Program-made: the position numbers and the translations under genes
Shown here: piece after piece, positions 52,082 through 62,019 of the stretch
Numbering within the stretch: the first letter of the stretch is position 1
Layout: every line of letters begins with the position of its first letter
The notes under the pieces: model-generated
Told to the model about the DNA's origin: nothing
Database searches by the model: none
Seen by the model: the letters and a program-made list of their open reading frames with translations, nothing else
Assembly: GCA_963708025.1 (NCBI GenBank)
Contig: CAVPSB010000025.1
Coordinates: 256,001-320,000 of the forward strand
Direction: 5' to 3'
DNA: 64,000 nucleotides
DNA from: an uncultured Candidatus Rokubacteria bacterium
GTDB lineage: Bacteria; Methylomirabilota; Methylomirabilia; Rokubacteriales; DASRDR01

Positions 52082-53725
52082 ATGGAGCGGGACACCGGAG
52101 AGTCGCGGCAGCCGTCCAGTCGCGGGGCCATCAGCCGGCGCGAGCTCATGCGCCGGACAGCCCTTCTGGGCATGTCGGCTGGAGCCCTGCAGGGCCTCGT
52201 GACCCCTGGCCGGGCCGTGGCGCAGACCGGCCCGCCGCCGATCAAGCGGGGTGGCACGCTGGTCCACTCGGTCAACTGGACCGTCCCCACCATGGACCCC
52301 CACCTCGCCAGCCAGCCCGAGCACATCATCTACGAGCAGGTCTACGACGGACTGCTCCGGCTGGACCGGGTGGATGCCAATTCGTGGGAGCACAAGGTCG
52401 TGGGCGTCCTCGCCGAGTCCTGGGAGCAGAAGGACGCCCGCACCCTCGTGTTCAAGCTGCGGCAGGGCGTCCGGTTCCACGACGGCAGCGTGTTCGACGC
52501 GGAGCTCGCCCGGTGGAACATCGTACGGGCGCGAGACCACCCGAAGAGCGAGGTCAAGGCCAGCCTGAGGGCCATCGACTCGGTCACCGCCCTGGACAGG
52601 TCCACCCTGGAGGTGAAGACCAAGACCGACAACGCGGCCCTGCTGCGGACCCTGGCCTTCACCGGCGGGGGATCGGTGCGCATGGTGTCCAGGGCGGCGC
52701 TGGACAAGAACGGGGAGCAGTGGCTCCATCGCAACCCGGCGGGGACGGGGCCCTTCCGGTTCAAGCAGTGGATCTCCGACGATCGCGTGATCATGGAGCG
52801 GAACCCCGACTACTTCATGGCTGGCGCCGATGGCAAGCCGCTGCCCTACCTCGATGGCCTCGTGATCCGCTACATTCCCGACCCGACGGTGGCGCTGGTG
52901 GACATGCGGGCCGGGACCGTCCACTTCGTGGAGCGGATGGCCCTCAAGGACGCCGATACGGTCAAGGGCGATTCCAGCCTGGCTCTCGTGGAGCTTCCCT
53001 GGGCCGGCCAGATCTACTTCGAGGTGGGGTTCAACACCGAGGCGGCTCCGTTCAACGACGTGCGGGTGCGCCAGGCGGCCCTGTACGGGATCGATCGGGT
53101 CGGCATGCACAAGGCGCTCGGCTTCGGGCTCGGCCGGCCCGTGAACTATCCCTACGGCATCCCGGGAACCGTGGGCTACGACGAGAGCATCGTCAAGTAC
53201 GAGTACAACCCGGAGCGGGTGAAGGCGCTGCTGAAGGAAGCCGGTCACCCGAATGGCATCAGCATCGAGCTGAAGGTGATCGCGCGGGAGCCCGAGAACA
53301 CCATCGGCGAGTTCGCGCAGCAGATGTGGTCGGCGGTCGGGATCAAGACCCGGCTGGTGACCCTCGAGCGGCTCGCCTGGATCGACCAGGTGCGGGCGAA
53401 GAACTTCCAGGCCAACTTCTGGCGCGGCGCCCTCTGGGCGCTCGTCGATCCCGAGCTGTCGCGACACCTGGTGGCGAGCGGCGCTCCGGGAAACTGGTCT
53501 CAGTTCAAGGATGGGGACGTGGACAGGCTGCTGGACGAGGGCCTGGCCTCACTGGATCCGCGGAAGCGGGCCGGGATCTACCGCCAGGTCTGGCAGACGC
53601 TCCAGGAGCGGGCCTACGTCGGTTCGGGGTTCCTGGCGCCCATCGTCAGCGGCTACCGCAAGGAGATGCGCGGATTGACCTTCAACTTCCTGACGCCCAC
53701 CTTGCGGAGCGCCTGGCTGGCGTAG
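52082..53725 (+). CDS. Tat-exported peptide/nickel ABC substrate-binding protein (family 5)
   Basis: SRRELM, LAESWE, LRQGVRFHDG, GTGPF, PFNDVRVRQA. Confidence 0.93.
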   Translation: MERDTGESRQPSSRGAISRRELMRRTALLGMSAGALQGLVTPGRAVAQTGPPPIKRGGTLVHSVNWTVPTMDPHLASQPEHIIYEQVYDGLLRLDRVDANSWEHKVVGVLAESWEQKDARTLVFKLRQGVRFHDGSVFDAELARWNIVRARDHPKSEVKASLRAIDSVTALDRSTLEVKTKTDNAALLRTLAFTGGGSVRMVSRAALDKNGEQWLHRNPAGTGPFRFKQWISDDRVIMERNPDYFMAGADGKPLPYLDGLVIRYIPDPTVALVDMRAGTVHFVERMALKDADTVKGDSSLALVELPWAGQIYFEVGFNTEAAPFNDVRVRQAALYGIDRVGMHKALGFGLGRPVNYPYGIPGTVGYDESIVKYEYNPERVKALLKEAGHPNGISIELKVIAREPENTIGEFAQQMWSAVGIKTRLVTLERLAWIDQVRAKNFQANFWRGALWALVDPELSRHLVASGAPGNWSQFKDGDVDRLLDEGLASLDPRKRAGIYRQVWQTLQERAYVGSGFLAPIVSGYRKEMRGLTFNFLTPTLRSAWLA

Positions 53726-53745
53726 CGGGGCGGAGGGTTCACGGC

Positions 53746-54642
53746 ATGCTCAGCAAGGATCAGGTGGAGTTCTACCGGAAGGACGGCTACCTGCTGCTCG
53801 AGGACGTGCTGAGCGCGGAGGAGCTGGCGACGCTCCGCCATGTCACCGACGAGGTGGTGGCGGCATCCCATGCCGTCACCGAGCACGACCACATCTACGA
53901 CCTGGAGCCGACCCACACGCCCCAGGAGCCTCGCGTGCGCCGGATCAAGGAGCCGCACAAGGTCCACCCGGTCTACCGGCAGATCGCCTTCAGCGACAGG
54001 ATCGCGGAGATCCTGACGCCGCTGATCGGGACCACCTCCGGGATCCGCTTCCAGACCGGCAAGCTCAACATGAAGTCGGCCGGGTTCGGCGCCGCGGTGG
54101 AGTGGCATCAGGACTGGGCCTTCTATCCGCACACCAACGACGACCTGCTGGCCATCGGCCTGTACCTCGACGACTGTGGGCCGGACAACGGGCCGCTCAT
54201 GGTGATCCCGGGCAGCCACCGGTGGCCGATCTGCGACCACCACGTCGACGGCGTCTTCTGTGGCGCGATCGACCCCCAGGCCTCCGGCATCGACTTCTCG
54301 AAGGCGGTGACGCTGACCGGCAAGGCGGGCAGCATGACCATCCACCACGTGCGTGCGATTCACGGCTCGGCGCTGAACACCTCCGACCGGCCGCGCCGCC
54401 TGCTGCTGTTCCAGTACATCGCGGTCGACGCCTTCCCGCTCCTGGGCATTCCGAGCTGGGACGAGTTCAACGCCAGCATCGTGACCGGCGAGCCGACCAA
54501 GGAGCCGCGGCTGACCCCGGTGCCGGTGCGCATGCCGCTCCCGGCGGCGCCCTTCCAGGGCTCCATCTACGAGAACCAGCGCACGCTGCCCAGCCGGTAT
54601 TTCGCCGTCCTCGAGGAAGCGGAGGAAGGCCGCCGCCGGTAG
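53746..54642 (+). CDS. phytanoyl-CoA dioxygenase (PhyH) family Fe/2OG enzyme
   Basis: WHQD, NGPLMVIPGSH, HGSALNTSDRPR. Confidence 0.92.
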   Translation: MLSKDQVEFYRKDGYLLLEDVLSAEELATLRHVTDEVVAASHAVTEHDHIYDLEPTHTPQEPRVRRIKEPHKVHPVYRQIAFSDRIAEILTPLIGTTSGIRFQTGKLNMKSAGFGAAVEWHQDWAFYPHTNDDLLAIGLYLDDCGPDNGPLMVIPGSHRWPICDHHVDGVFCGAIDPQASGIDFSKAVTLTGKAGSMTIHHVRAIHGSALNTSDRPRRLLLFQYIAVDAFPLLGIPSWDEFNASIVTGEPTKEPRLTPVPVRMPLPAAPFQGSIYENQRTLPSRYFAVLEEAEEGRRR

Positions 54643-54821
54643 GGCCCGAGCGGCCCCAGGCCGGTGGAGGGGCTCGACGCCTGGGGCGCGTAGTCCAGGC
54701 GGCCCGATTCCCGCTCGGCGGCCCCTCCCCTGATGTCCCGCCTCGCATCGTGGGCCCTGCCGCCCGCTCCGTCTCGGACGCGGGCGCGGGACCAAGGCTC
54801 CGGGATTGATCGGAGTGCAAC

Positions 54822-55631
54822 ATGGGTAAGCGGCTCGCGGACAAGGTCGCGGTCGTGTGCGGCGCGGGGGCCTCGGCCGGGGGACTGAGCAATGGCATGG
54901 CCACGTCGATCGTGTTCGCCCGGGAAGGCGCGAAGGTCTTCGCGGTCGATCGCGACGTCACCCTGGCCCGGGAAACCGAAAAGCGGATCGTGTCCGAGCA
55001 CGGGGAATGCACCCTGTACGAGTGCGACGTCTCCGATGCGGGGCAGGTGGCGCGGATGGCGGAGGCGTGCATCGGGCGGTACGGCCGCATCGACGTCCTG
55101 TTCAACAACGTCGGGGTGTATGCGCTCGGGGGTCCGCTCGACCTGAGCGAGGACGAGTTCGATCGGGTGATGCGCGTCAACCTCAAGAGCATGTTCCTGA
55201 CCTGCCGGGCCGTGCTTCCCGCGATGCTGAGGCAGGGGACGGGGGCGATCGTCAACAACGCGTCGGTGTCGGCGATCCGCTATTCCGTCCCCAGCCTCGC
55301 GTACTCCGCGTCCAAGGCGGCCGTGCTCCAGCTCACGCAGAACATCGGTCTGCAGTATGCGGCCCGGGGGATCCGCTGCAATGCGGTCCTGCCGGGGAAC
55401 ATTCTCACGGATCGTCTGGTCGCGCGCTTGAAGGCCTCCCACGGGGAGGCCTACACGGAGCGGATCCGCGAGTGGGCGGAACAGGTGCCGTGTGGCCGGG
55501 CCGGTGAGCCGTGGGACGTCGCCCACGCGGTGCTGTTTCTCGCGTCCGACGAGGCCCGGTACATCAATGCCGTCGAGCTGGCCGTCGATGGCGGACTCTC
55601 GGCCTCGTATCTCGGCCGGGCCTCTTCCTGA
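54822..55631 (+). CDS. SDR family oxidoreductase
   Basis: NNVG, YSASK, NAVLPG, VDGG. Confidence 0.92.
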   Translation: MGKRLADKVAVVCGAGASAGGLSNGMATSIVFAREGAKVFAVDRDVTLARETEKRIVSEHGECTLYECDVSDAGQVARMAEACIGRYGRIDVLFNNVGVYALGGPLDLSEDEFDRVMRVNLKSMFLTCRAVLPAMLRQGTGAIVNNASVSAIRYSVPSLAYSASKAAVLQLTQNIGLQYAARGIRCNAVLPGNILTDRLVARLKASHGEAYTERIREWAEQVPCGRAGEPWDVAHAVLFLASDEARYINAVELAVDGGLSASYLGRASS

Positions 55632-55643
55632 CTGGATCTTCGC

Positions 55644-56528
55644 TCAGGCGACACCCCGCTGGCGCAGGCGGGCGTCCAGGGCCACCCTCAGCCCATCGCC
55701 GAGCAGGTTCAGGCCCAGGACGGTCAGGAACATCGCCACCCCGGGAAAGAGGGACAGCCAGGGTGCCCGCTCGATGTACTGGTAGGCCTGGCGCAGCATC
55801 GATCCCCAGCTGGGGTTGGGGGGCTCGATCCCGAGACCGAGAAAGCTGAGCGTCGCCTCGGCGATGATCGCCTGGGGAATCATCAGAGAGGACTGGACGA
55901 TGATGGGGCCGAGGACGTTGGGCCAGATGTGGAACAGCATCATCCGCAACGGGCCTGCTCCGAGGGCCCGGGCGGCCATGGCGAACTCCCGCTCCCGGAT
56001 GGAGAGCGCCTGGGCGCGGACGAGCCGGGCGAAGGCCGGCGTGAACACGATCCCGATCGCGATCATGGCGTTGGCGAGCCCCGGGCCCAGGCTGGCGGCG
56101 ATCGCCAGCGCCAGCACGAGGGTCGGGAAGGACCACAGGGCATCGACGACCCGCATCAGCACATCGTCGATCCACCCGCCCCAGTAGCCGGCGGTCAGGC
56201 CCATCATCACCCCGAACAGGATGGCGATCCCCACCGACACCACCCCCGCCAGCACCGCCACCCGGGCCCCATGGATGACGCGACTCAGCACGTCGCGGCC
56301 CAGGTGGTCGGTTCCCATCAAGTGGTGGAGGCCGGGGCGCTGCAGGATCGGACTCACGACCCGGTTGGGGTTGTAGGGGGTGACGAGGTCGGCCGACACG
56401 GCCAGGAGCAAGACGACGGTCAGCACGCAGAGGCCGAGGATGCTGCCGCGAGTCTTGACCAGTCGGGAGACGAAGGCGCCGGCCCGTCGAGCCGCCGAGC
56501 GTCCGAGAGTCCCGATCCGGTCGCTCAT
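55644..56528 (-). CDS. peptide ABC permease (DppC-like)
   Basis: GTDHLGRDVLSR, AARALGA, EATLSFLGLG, SWG. Confidence 0.93.
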   Translation of the reverse strand: MSDRIGTLGRSAARRAGAFVSRLVKTRGSILGLCVLTVVLLLAVSADLVTPYNPNRVVSPILQRPGLHHLMGTDHLGRDVLSRVIHGARVAVLAGVVSVGIAILFGVMMGLTAGYWGGWIDDVLMRVVDALWSFPTLVLALAIAASLGPGLANAMIAIGIVFTPAFARLVRAQALSIREREFAMAARALGAGPLRMMLFHIWPNVLGPIIVQSSLMIPQAIIAEATLSFLGLGIEPPNPSWGSMLRQAYQYIERAPWLSLFPGVAMFLTVLGLNLLGDGLRVALDARLRQRGVA

Positions 56529-56561
56529 CCCGCTCCCGCGTCGGCCTGGCCGCGCCCCCGG

Positions 56562-57512
56562 CTACGCGTACCGGATGCGAGGGTCCACGTAGGCGTAGAG
56601 CAGGTCCGTGAGCAAGTTGGCGGCGAGCACCGCCAGGGCCATGACGAGGACCACGCCCTGCAGCACCGGGAAGTCGCGGAAGAAGACGGAATCGGCGGCC
56701 AGCCGCCCCATCCCGGGGAGGGCGAAGATCGTCTCGATGACAACCGCGCCACCGAACAGACGACCGATCTGGAGCCCGACCACGGTGATCACCGGGATCA
56801 TCGCGTTCTTCAGCGCGTGAACCCGGATCACGGTCCTCTCCGGGAGCCCCTTGGCTCGCGCGACCGTGACGTAGTCTTCCTGGAGGACCTCGATCAGCGA
56901 GGCCCGCACCTGCCGCATGGTGACGGCGTTCAGGGCCATGCCGAGCGATAGCGCCGGCAGGATGATGGCCTTCACGTTGGGCCAGAGACCGACCGACAGC
57001 GGCACGTAGCCCGAGGGCGGCAGCAGGCGCAGCTCCACCGCGAAGAGGTAGATCAGCAGGATTCCGACGAAGAACTCCGGCAACGCGACGCCGGCCACCG
57101 ACATCATCGTGGCGACCGTGTCGATCTTGGAGTTCGGGCGCGTGGCGGACACGATCCCCACCGGGATGGCGATGCAGAGAGCGATCACCAGGGCGACCGC
57201 GGTGAGTTGAATGGTGATGGGGAGGCGGGCCGTCAACGCGTCCAGGACGGCCTCGTGGGTCCGAACGGACCGGCCCAGGTCTCCCCGCAGCGCCCGCCCG
57301 ATCCACCGGGCATACTGGACCGGCAGCGGCCGATCCAGCCCCAGCTCCTTTCGCATGGCCTCGTAGGCGACGCGGTCGTTGATGTTGGCCTCCCCGAGGA
57401 ACGCCAGGGCCGGGTCACCGGGCAGGAGCATGGTGATCGAGAAGACCACGACCGTGACCAGGAAGAGCACCGGGACGAAGTAGAGGAGTCGGCGCAGCAG
57501 ATAGCGCGTCAT
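56562..57512 (-). CDS. peptide ABC permease (DppB-like)
   Basis: LGLDRP, GDLGRS, ARAKGL, HALKNA, DPRIR. Confidence 0.93.
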   Translation of the reverse strand: MTRYLLRRLLYFVPVLFLVTVVVFSITMLLPGDPALAFLGEANINDRVAYEAMRKELGLDRPLPVQYARWIGRALRGDLGRSVRTHEAVLDALTARLPITIQLTAVALVIALCIAIPVGIVSATRPNSKIDTVATMMSVAGVALPEFFVGILLIYLFAVELRLLPPSGYVPLSVGLWPNVKAIILPALSLGMALNAVTMRQVRASLIEVLQEDYVTVARAKGLPERTVIRVHALKNAMIPVITVVGLQIGRLFGGAVVIETIFALPGMGRLAADSVFFRDFPVLQGVVLVMALAVLAANLLTDLLYAYVDPRIRYA

Positions 57513-57805
57513 GGGTCCGGGTCACCCACGACTATGCGGGCGGCCCGCCCGGCGATCTGTCGCCGGCGATACGAAGTCGAAGGTGCCGGTCAACAGGCGT
57601 GGACTCGTTCCTTTCGGGTGGTGGACAAATGGGCGTCGTCGCCGACGGTACTATGGGTCCGCAGCGGCCGCAAGCCGAGCAGCGGGAAGAAAGGTCTGCC
57701 TCTCCGCTCACCCGCCCGCTGGCCCGCCGTGTCGGGGTGAGCTATGCTGGCTGTCTCGACACCGGCAGACCCGAGCTCTTCAACCCACGTCGAGGAGGAA
57801 CTACC

Positions 57806-58009
57806 ATGGCCGTCGCGCGCGTCACCAAGATCACCGCCGCCTCGTCCAAGAGCTGGCAGGACGCCGTCGATCAGGGGCTCAAGCGGGCCGCCAAGACTGT
57901 ACGGGGGATCACCGGACTCCACGTGCTCGAGGAGAAGGCCCACGTCGAGAAGGGGAAGATCACCGAGTACCGCGTGACCATGGAGCTGACCTTCATCCTG
58001 GAGGACTGA
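57806..58009 (+). CDS. dodecin family protein
   Basis: SSKSWQDAV..GLKRAAKTVRGI..ITEYRV; GAGGAGG RBS. Confidence 0.92.
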   Translation: MAVARVTKITAASSKSWQDAVDQGLKRAAKTVRGITGLHVLEEKAHVEKGKITEYRVTMELTFILED

Positions 58010-58141
58010 GATCCTCCGAGCGACACCAACCAGGCGATCGCGGCGGTGTGCCGGGAGGCGGGGTACCCGGCGCCCGCCCCGACCCATATCCTCCGGCAAG
58101 CCTGAGCGGCGACGTCCGGACGTCCGGGTGACCGCGGGCGC

Positions 58142-58627
58142 GTGGCGTACACTGTCGGGGTGGACTGGCGCGCGGGCCTGATCGACGACGACGCGGGGTT
58201 GACCCGCATCCTCCGAGAGGCGCGGACGATCGCGGTCCTCGGGGCCAAGGCCGACCCGGACGCCCCGGCTCACTTCGTCCCCGCCTACCTCCGGGAGCGG
58301 GGCTACCGGATCGTGCCGGTGAACCCCAGGCTGGCCGGCCGCCCGCTGTTCGGCGTGCCCGCGGTCGCGACGCTGGCCGAGCTGGGCGAGCCCGTTGACG
58401 TCGTGGAGATCTTCCGCCGGCCCGAGTACCTGCCGGGGCACGCCGCGGAGATCCTGGCCATGTCGAGCCGCCCCGCCGTCGTCTGGTTCCAGCTCGGCAT
58501 CCGCCACGACGGCGCCGCCGAGCGCCTGGCTCGGGCCGGCCTCCGCGTCGTCCAGGACCGCTGCATGATGCCGGAGCATCGCCGCCTCCTGGGCGCCGCT
58601 CCCGCCAGATCACCCTCCCGCCCGTGA
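58142..58627 (+). CDS. CoA-binding protein (YccU family)
   Basis: TIAVLGA, PVNP, VDVVEIFR, WFQLGI, VQDRC. Confidence 0.92.
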   Translation: MAYTVGVDWRAGLIDDDAGLTRILREARTIAVLGAKADPDAPAHFVPAYLRERGYRIVPVNPRLAGRPLFGVPAVATLAELGEPVDVVEIFRRPEYLPGHAAEILAMSSRPAVVWFQLGIRHDGAAERLARAGLRVVQDRCMMPEHRRLLGAAPARSPSRP

Positions 58628-59355
58628 GCCGCGAGCCGGGCCCGCTCCTCGCCTCGGGCCGGAGTGCGGACGTCTTCGAGCGCGGCGACGGCCTCGTCCT
58701 GCGTCGCTATCGCAGCCCGCGCGACACCGAGGGCGAGGCGGCCATCATGCGGTACGCCGAGGCCCACGGGTTCCCGGTCCCCCGGGTGCACGAGGCGAGC
58801 GCGACGGACATCGTCATGGAGCGCATCGAGGGGCCGACCATGCTCCACGACCTCGCCCGGCGCCCCTGGAGGGTCGCCGCCCACGCGGCTCTCCTCGCGA
58901 GTCTCCACCACCGGCTCCACGCGATCCCGGCTCCGGCGTGGCTGCCCTCGTCCCTCGGGGACGGCGACGTCCTCGTCCACCTGGACCTGCACCCGCAGAA
59001 CGTGCTGCTCGCGGCGCAGGGGCCCGTTGTCATCGACTGGCCCAACGCCATCCGGGGCGCGGGCGAGGACGACGTGGCCCAGACCTGGGTCATCCTGGCG
59101 ACCGCGGCGGTGCCCGGCAGCCGGGCCTACCGGCTCGTCGGGCGACTCTTCCGGGGGTTCTTCCTCCGGGCGTTCCTTGGGCACTTCGATCGGGCGGCCG
59201 TGGCGCGGCGGCTGCCGGCCGTGGCCGCCCGGTGGCTGCGCGACCGGAACGTCGAGCCGGCCGAGCGCGCGGCGACCGCCCGGCTCCTGCGGCGGGAGGC
59301 CGGTGTCCCGCCGCTGCGTCAGGCCGGGCCACCCCCGCGCCGTTCGTCACCTGAA
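58624..59355 (+). CDS. phosphotransferase (APH-like); true stop unclear
   Basis: LASGRSADV, HLDLHPQN, IDW. Confidence 0.8.
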
Positions 59356-59454
59356 CCCGTGCTCCGCCCGCTGGGCGGGCGCGCACGGGTGGGCTATGCT
59401 GGCAATCGTGTCCGGGGCAGGCCGGCCTCGAGCCCACACCGGGGAGGGACCGCC

Positions 59455-59706
59455 GTGGCCGTCGCACGAGGTGGTTCGGTGGTCGATGGCCTGACCCGCA
59501 CCGTGTCGCGCACCGACATGGTCGATTCGCGAGTGGCCGCCATCCTCCGTGCCAAGTCCGGGAGGGAGCGGCTGTGGCTCGGACACGAAGAGTGGCGGCT
59601 CGCACGCGAGCGGCTGACCGTGTTCCTCCGATCCCGGCACCCGGAGTGGGACGCGGCAGAGCTCCAGCGGCGTGTCGCGGCCAGGCTCGCCGGTGGACCA
59701 GGCTGA
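59455..59706 (+). CDS. small partner protein of the nucleotidyltransferase-like gene
   Basis: TATGCT at 59395, GGGGAGG RBS, ILRAKSGRERL...RSRHPEW; overlaps next start. Confidence 0.6.
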   Translation: MAVARGGSVVDGLTRTVSRTDMVDSRVAAILRAKSGRERLWLGHEEWRLARERLTVFLRSRHPEWDAAELQRRVAARLAGGPG

Positions 59707-60262
59707 GCTCCTGCGGCATCTGGTGACGGCGTTCGAAGTTCTCGGCATCCAGTACATGATCGGGGGGGCCCAGGCCGCGATGTTCTACGGCGAGCCGCGC
59801 CTCACCCGAGACATCGACGTGGTCGCGGAGATCGAGCTTGCTCAGGTGCCCGGGCTCCTCGAGCGCTTCCCGACCGAGGACTTCTACCTGAGCGAGGACG
59901 CCGTTCGCGAAGCGATCCGCGATCGAGGACAGTTCAACATCATTCATCCCGCTTCGGGGCTGAAGATCGACGTCATCCTCCCAAAGGACACCGAGTACGA
60001 CCGCGTGGAGCTCTCGCGACGCGAACGCCACGAGCTGCTGGAGGGCTTGCACGCGTATTTCGCCCGGCCCGAGGACGTCATCCTCTACAAGATGATCTAC
60101 TTCCGCGAGGGTGGATCCGACCGCCACATTCGGGACATTCTGGGAATCCTCAGGGTGTCGGGCCCGGAGATCGACACCGCGTACATCGCGGAATGGGCAG
60201 GGCGGCTGGGGTTGGCTGGCATCTGGGACGCGGTGATCGAGCGGGCCCGGGCGAACGACTGA
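59693..60262 (+). CDS. nucleotidyltransferase-like protein
   Basis: YMIGGAQA..YGEPRLTRDIDVV, KID, PEDVILYK. Confidence 0.82.
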   Translation: MDQAELLRHLVTAFEVLGIQYMIGGAQAAMFYGEPRLTRDIDVVAEIELAQVPGLLERFPTEDFYLSEDAVREAIRDRGQFNIIHPASGLKIDVILPKDTEYDRVELSRRERHELLEGLHAYFARPEDVILYKMIYFREGGSDRHIRDILGILRVSGPEIDTAYIAEWAGRLGLAGIWDAVIERARAND

Positions 60263-60336
60263 TCAGGGCGACGCGCTTCGCCGCGTCCGGGCGGCCTGCG
60301 GCGCCGACGCACCCAATCGGTGTCCGGCGGATGTCT

Positions 60337-60861
60337 TCAGGGCCGGCCGGGCAGTCGGAGAATCGCGCCGCAGTGCCGGCAGGTCCGCAGGTCCTCGCTG
60401 GCGTTGAAGCGCTCGATGACCTCCTTGAGCTGGGTCTCGATGTCCGCGCACGCGAACGCCACCTCGTGGAGCTTCCCCTGACAGCCCTCGCAGAACCAGG
60501 CCAGGCGGTCCAGCTCGTCGGGGCGCCGCTTGCGCTCGATGACCAGGCCCCAGGTGCCGGGCGGCCGCACCGGGCAGTGCGGGGTCCCGGCCGGGCAGAG
60601 CAGGACCTCGCCCTCGCGCACCCGGGCCGCCTGCCGCTGGCCCCCGGCGTCGATGAACTCGACCGTGATGTCGCCCTCGAGCTGGTAGAAGATCTCGTCG
60701 CCCGGGTCGATGTGGAAGTCGTTCCGGGCGTTCGGCCCCCGGACGATCTGGAAGATGAACTCGCTCTCCGGGAAGACCTCCTTGTTCGCGACGGGCGGCT
60801 TGAAGAGCTGCGGGTTGTCGGTGATCCAGCGCATCAGGTGCAGCGGGAGCAGGGCCGGCAT
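60337..60861 (-). CDS. nbaC: 3-hydroxyanthranilate 3,4-dioxygenase
   Basis: KPPVANK, GPNARNDFH, EIFYQLEG, PHCP.R, CEGC and CRHC rubredoxin-like site. Confidence 0.92.
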   Translation of the reverse strand: MPALLPLHLMRWITDNPQLFKPPVANKEVFPESEFIFQIVRGPNARNDFHIDPGDEIFYQLEGDITVEFIDAGGQRQAARVREGEVLLCPAGTPHCPVRPPGTWGLVIERKRRPDELDRLAWFCEGCQGKLHEVAFACADIETQLKEVIERFNASEDLRTCRHCGAILRLPGRP

Positions 60862-60936
60862 GGTGCCTCCTCCTTACGCGCGACGGCGTGGATGCTAATA
60901 TAGCAAGCCCGATCGATCACTGGCCAAGGAGGCCCG

Positions 60937-62019
60937 ATGCGTCTGGGATACTTCGCGATGCCGCTTCACCCGCCGGGCTCGGACCTGGCGCAGACGATGG
61001 ACGACGACCTCGAGCAGCTGGTGACCCTGGAGGGGCTCGGCTTCGAGGAGGCCTGGATCGGCGAGCACTTCACGGCGGAGTGGGAGAACATCCCGTGCCC
61101 CGACCTCTTCATCGCGCGGGCGCTCGGGGCCACGCGCACCATGAAGCTCGGCACCGGCGTCTCCTGCCTGCCGAACCACAACCCGCTGATGCTGTCCCAG
61201 CGGATCGCTCAGCTCGACCAGATGGCCCGCGGCCGCTTCTACTGGGGCGTCGGCTCCGGCGGCTTCCCGGGCGACTTCGAGATGGTGGGGATCGACCCGA
61301 AGACGGGCGAGCACCGGGAGCTGACCCGCGAGGCCCTCGACCTGGTCCTGGACCTCTGGCGAGACCCCAAGCCGGGCCTCTACGAGTCGAAGTACTGGCG
61401 CTTCCGGGTGCCGGAGCCGCAGGACGACATCGCCCTCCGCCTCCACCTCCGGCCCTACCAGCGGCCGCACCCGCCGATCGCGGTGGCCGGCGTCTCGTCC
61501 GGCTCCGAGACCCTGGTGCTGGCGGGGGAGCGCGGCTACATCCCGATGAGCATCAACTTCGTCCCGGCCCGGACCCTGCGCACCCACTGGGAGGGCGTCG
61601 AGGCCGGGGCCCGGCGGGCCGGCCGGACGGCCGACCGCGCCACCTGGCGGATCGCCCGCGACGTCTACGTCGCCGACTCCACGACCCGCGCGCGCCGAGA
61701 AGCGCTGGAGGGCCCGCTTGCCCGCGACTGGCGGGAGTACTTCCTGCCGCTCCTCCGGCGGACGAAGCGGCTCGCCCTCCCCAAGGTCGATCCGGACATG
61801 CCGGACGAGGACGTCACCGTCGAGTACCTGGCCGACAACATCTGGCTGGTGGGCGACGCCGACACGGTGGCCGAGCGGCTGGCCACGCTGTACCGGGACG
61901 TCGGCGGCTTCGGCGTCCTGCTGGTCATCGCCCACGAGTGGCAGCCGCGGGCGGGCTGGGTGCGCTCGATGACCCTCCTCCGCGACCAGGTCCTGCCCCA
62001 GCTGGCGCGCCATGGTTGA
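60937..62019 (+). CDS. LLM-class flavin-dependent monooxygenase
   Basis: MPLHPP, EAWIGEH, KLGTGV, PYQRPHPPI. Confidence 0.92.
   Translation: MRLGYFAMPLHPPGSDLAQTMDDDLEQLVTLEGLGFEEAWIGEHFTAEWENIPCPDLFIARALGATRTMKLGTGVSCLPNHNPLMLSQRIAQLDQMARGRFYWGVGSGGFPGDFEMVGIDPKTGEHRELTREALDLVLDLWRDPKPGLYESKYWRFRVPEPQDDIALRLHLRPYQRPHPPIAVAGVSSGSETLVLAGERGYIPMSINFVPARTLRTHWEGVEAGARRAGRTADRATWRIARDVYVADSTTRARREALEGPLARDWREYFLPLLRRTKRLALPKVDPDMPDEDVTVEYLADNIWLVGDADTVAERLATLYRDVGGFGVLLVIAHEWQPRAGWVRSMTLLRDQVLPQLARHG

Noticed and set aside
58624-59706. 360-aa phosphotransferase fusion
   Set aside because: The linker is low-complexity Pro/Arg/Gly and contains a -10 box and RBS; two separate genes fit better.
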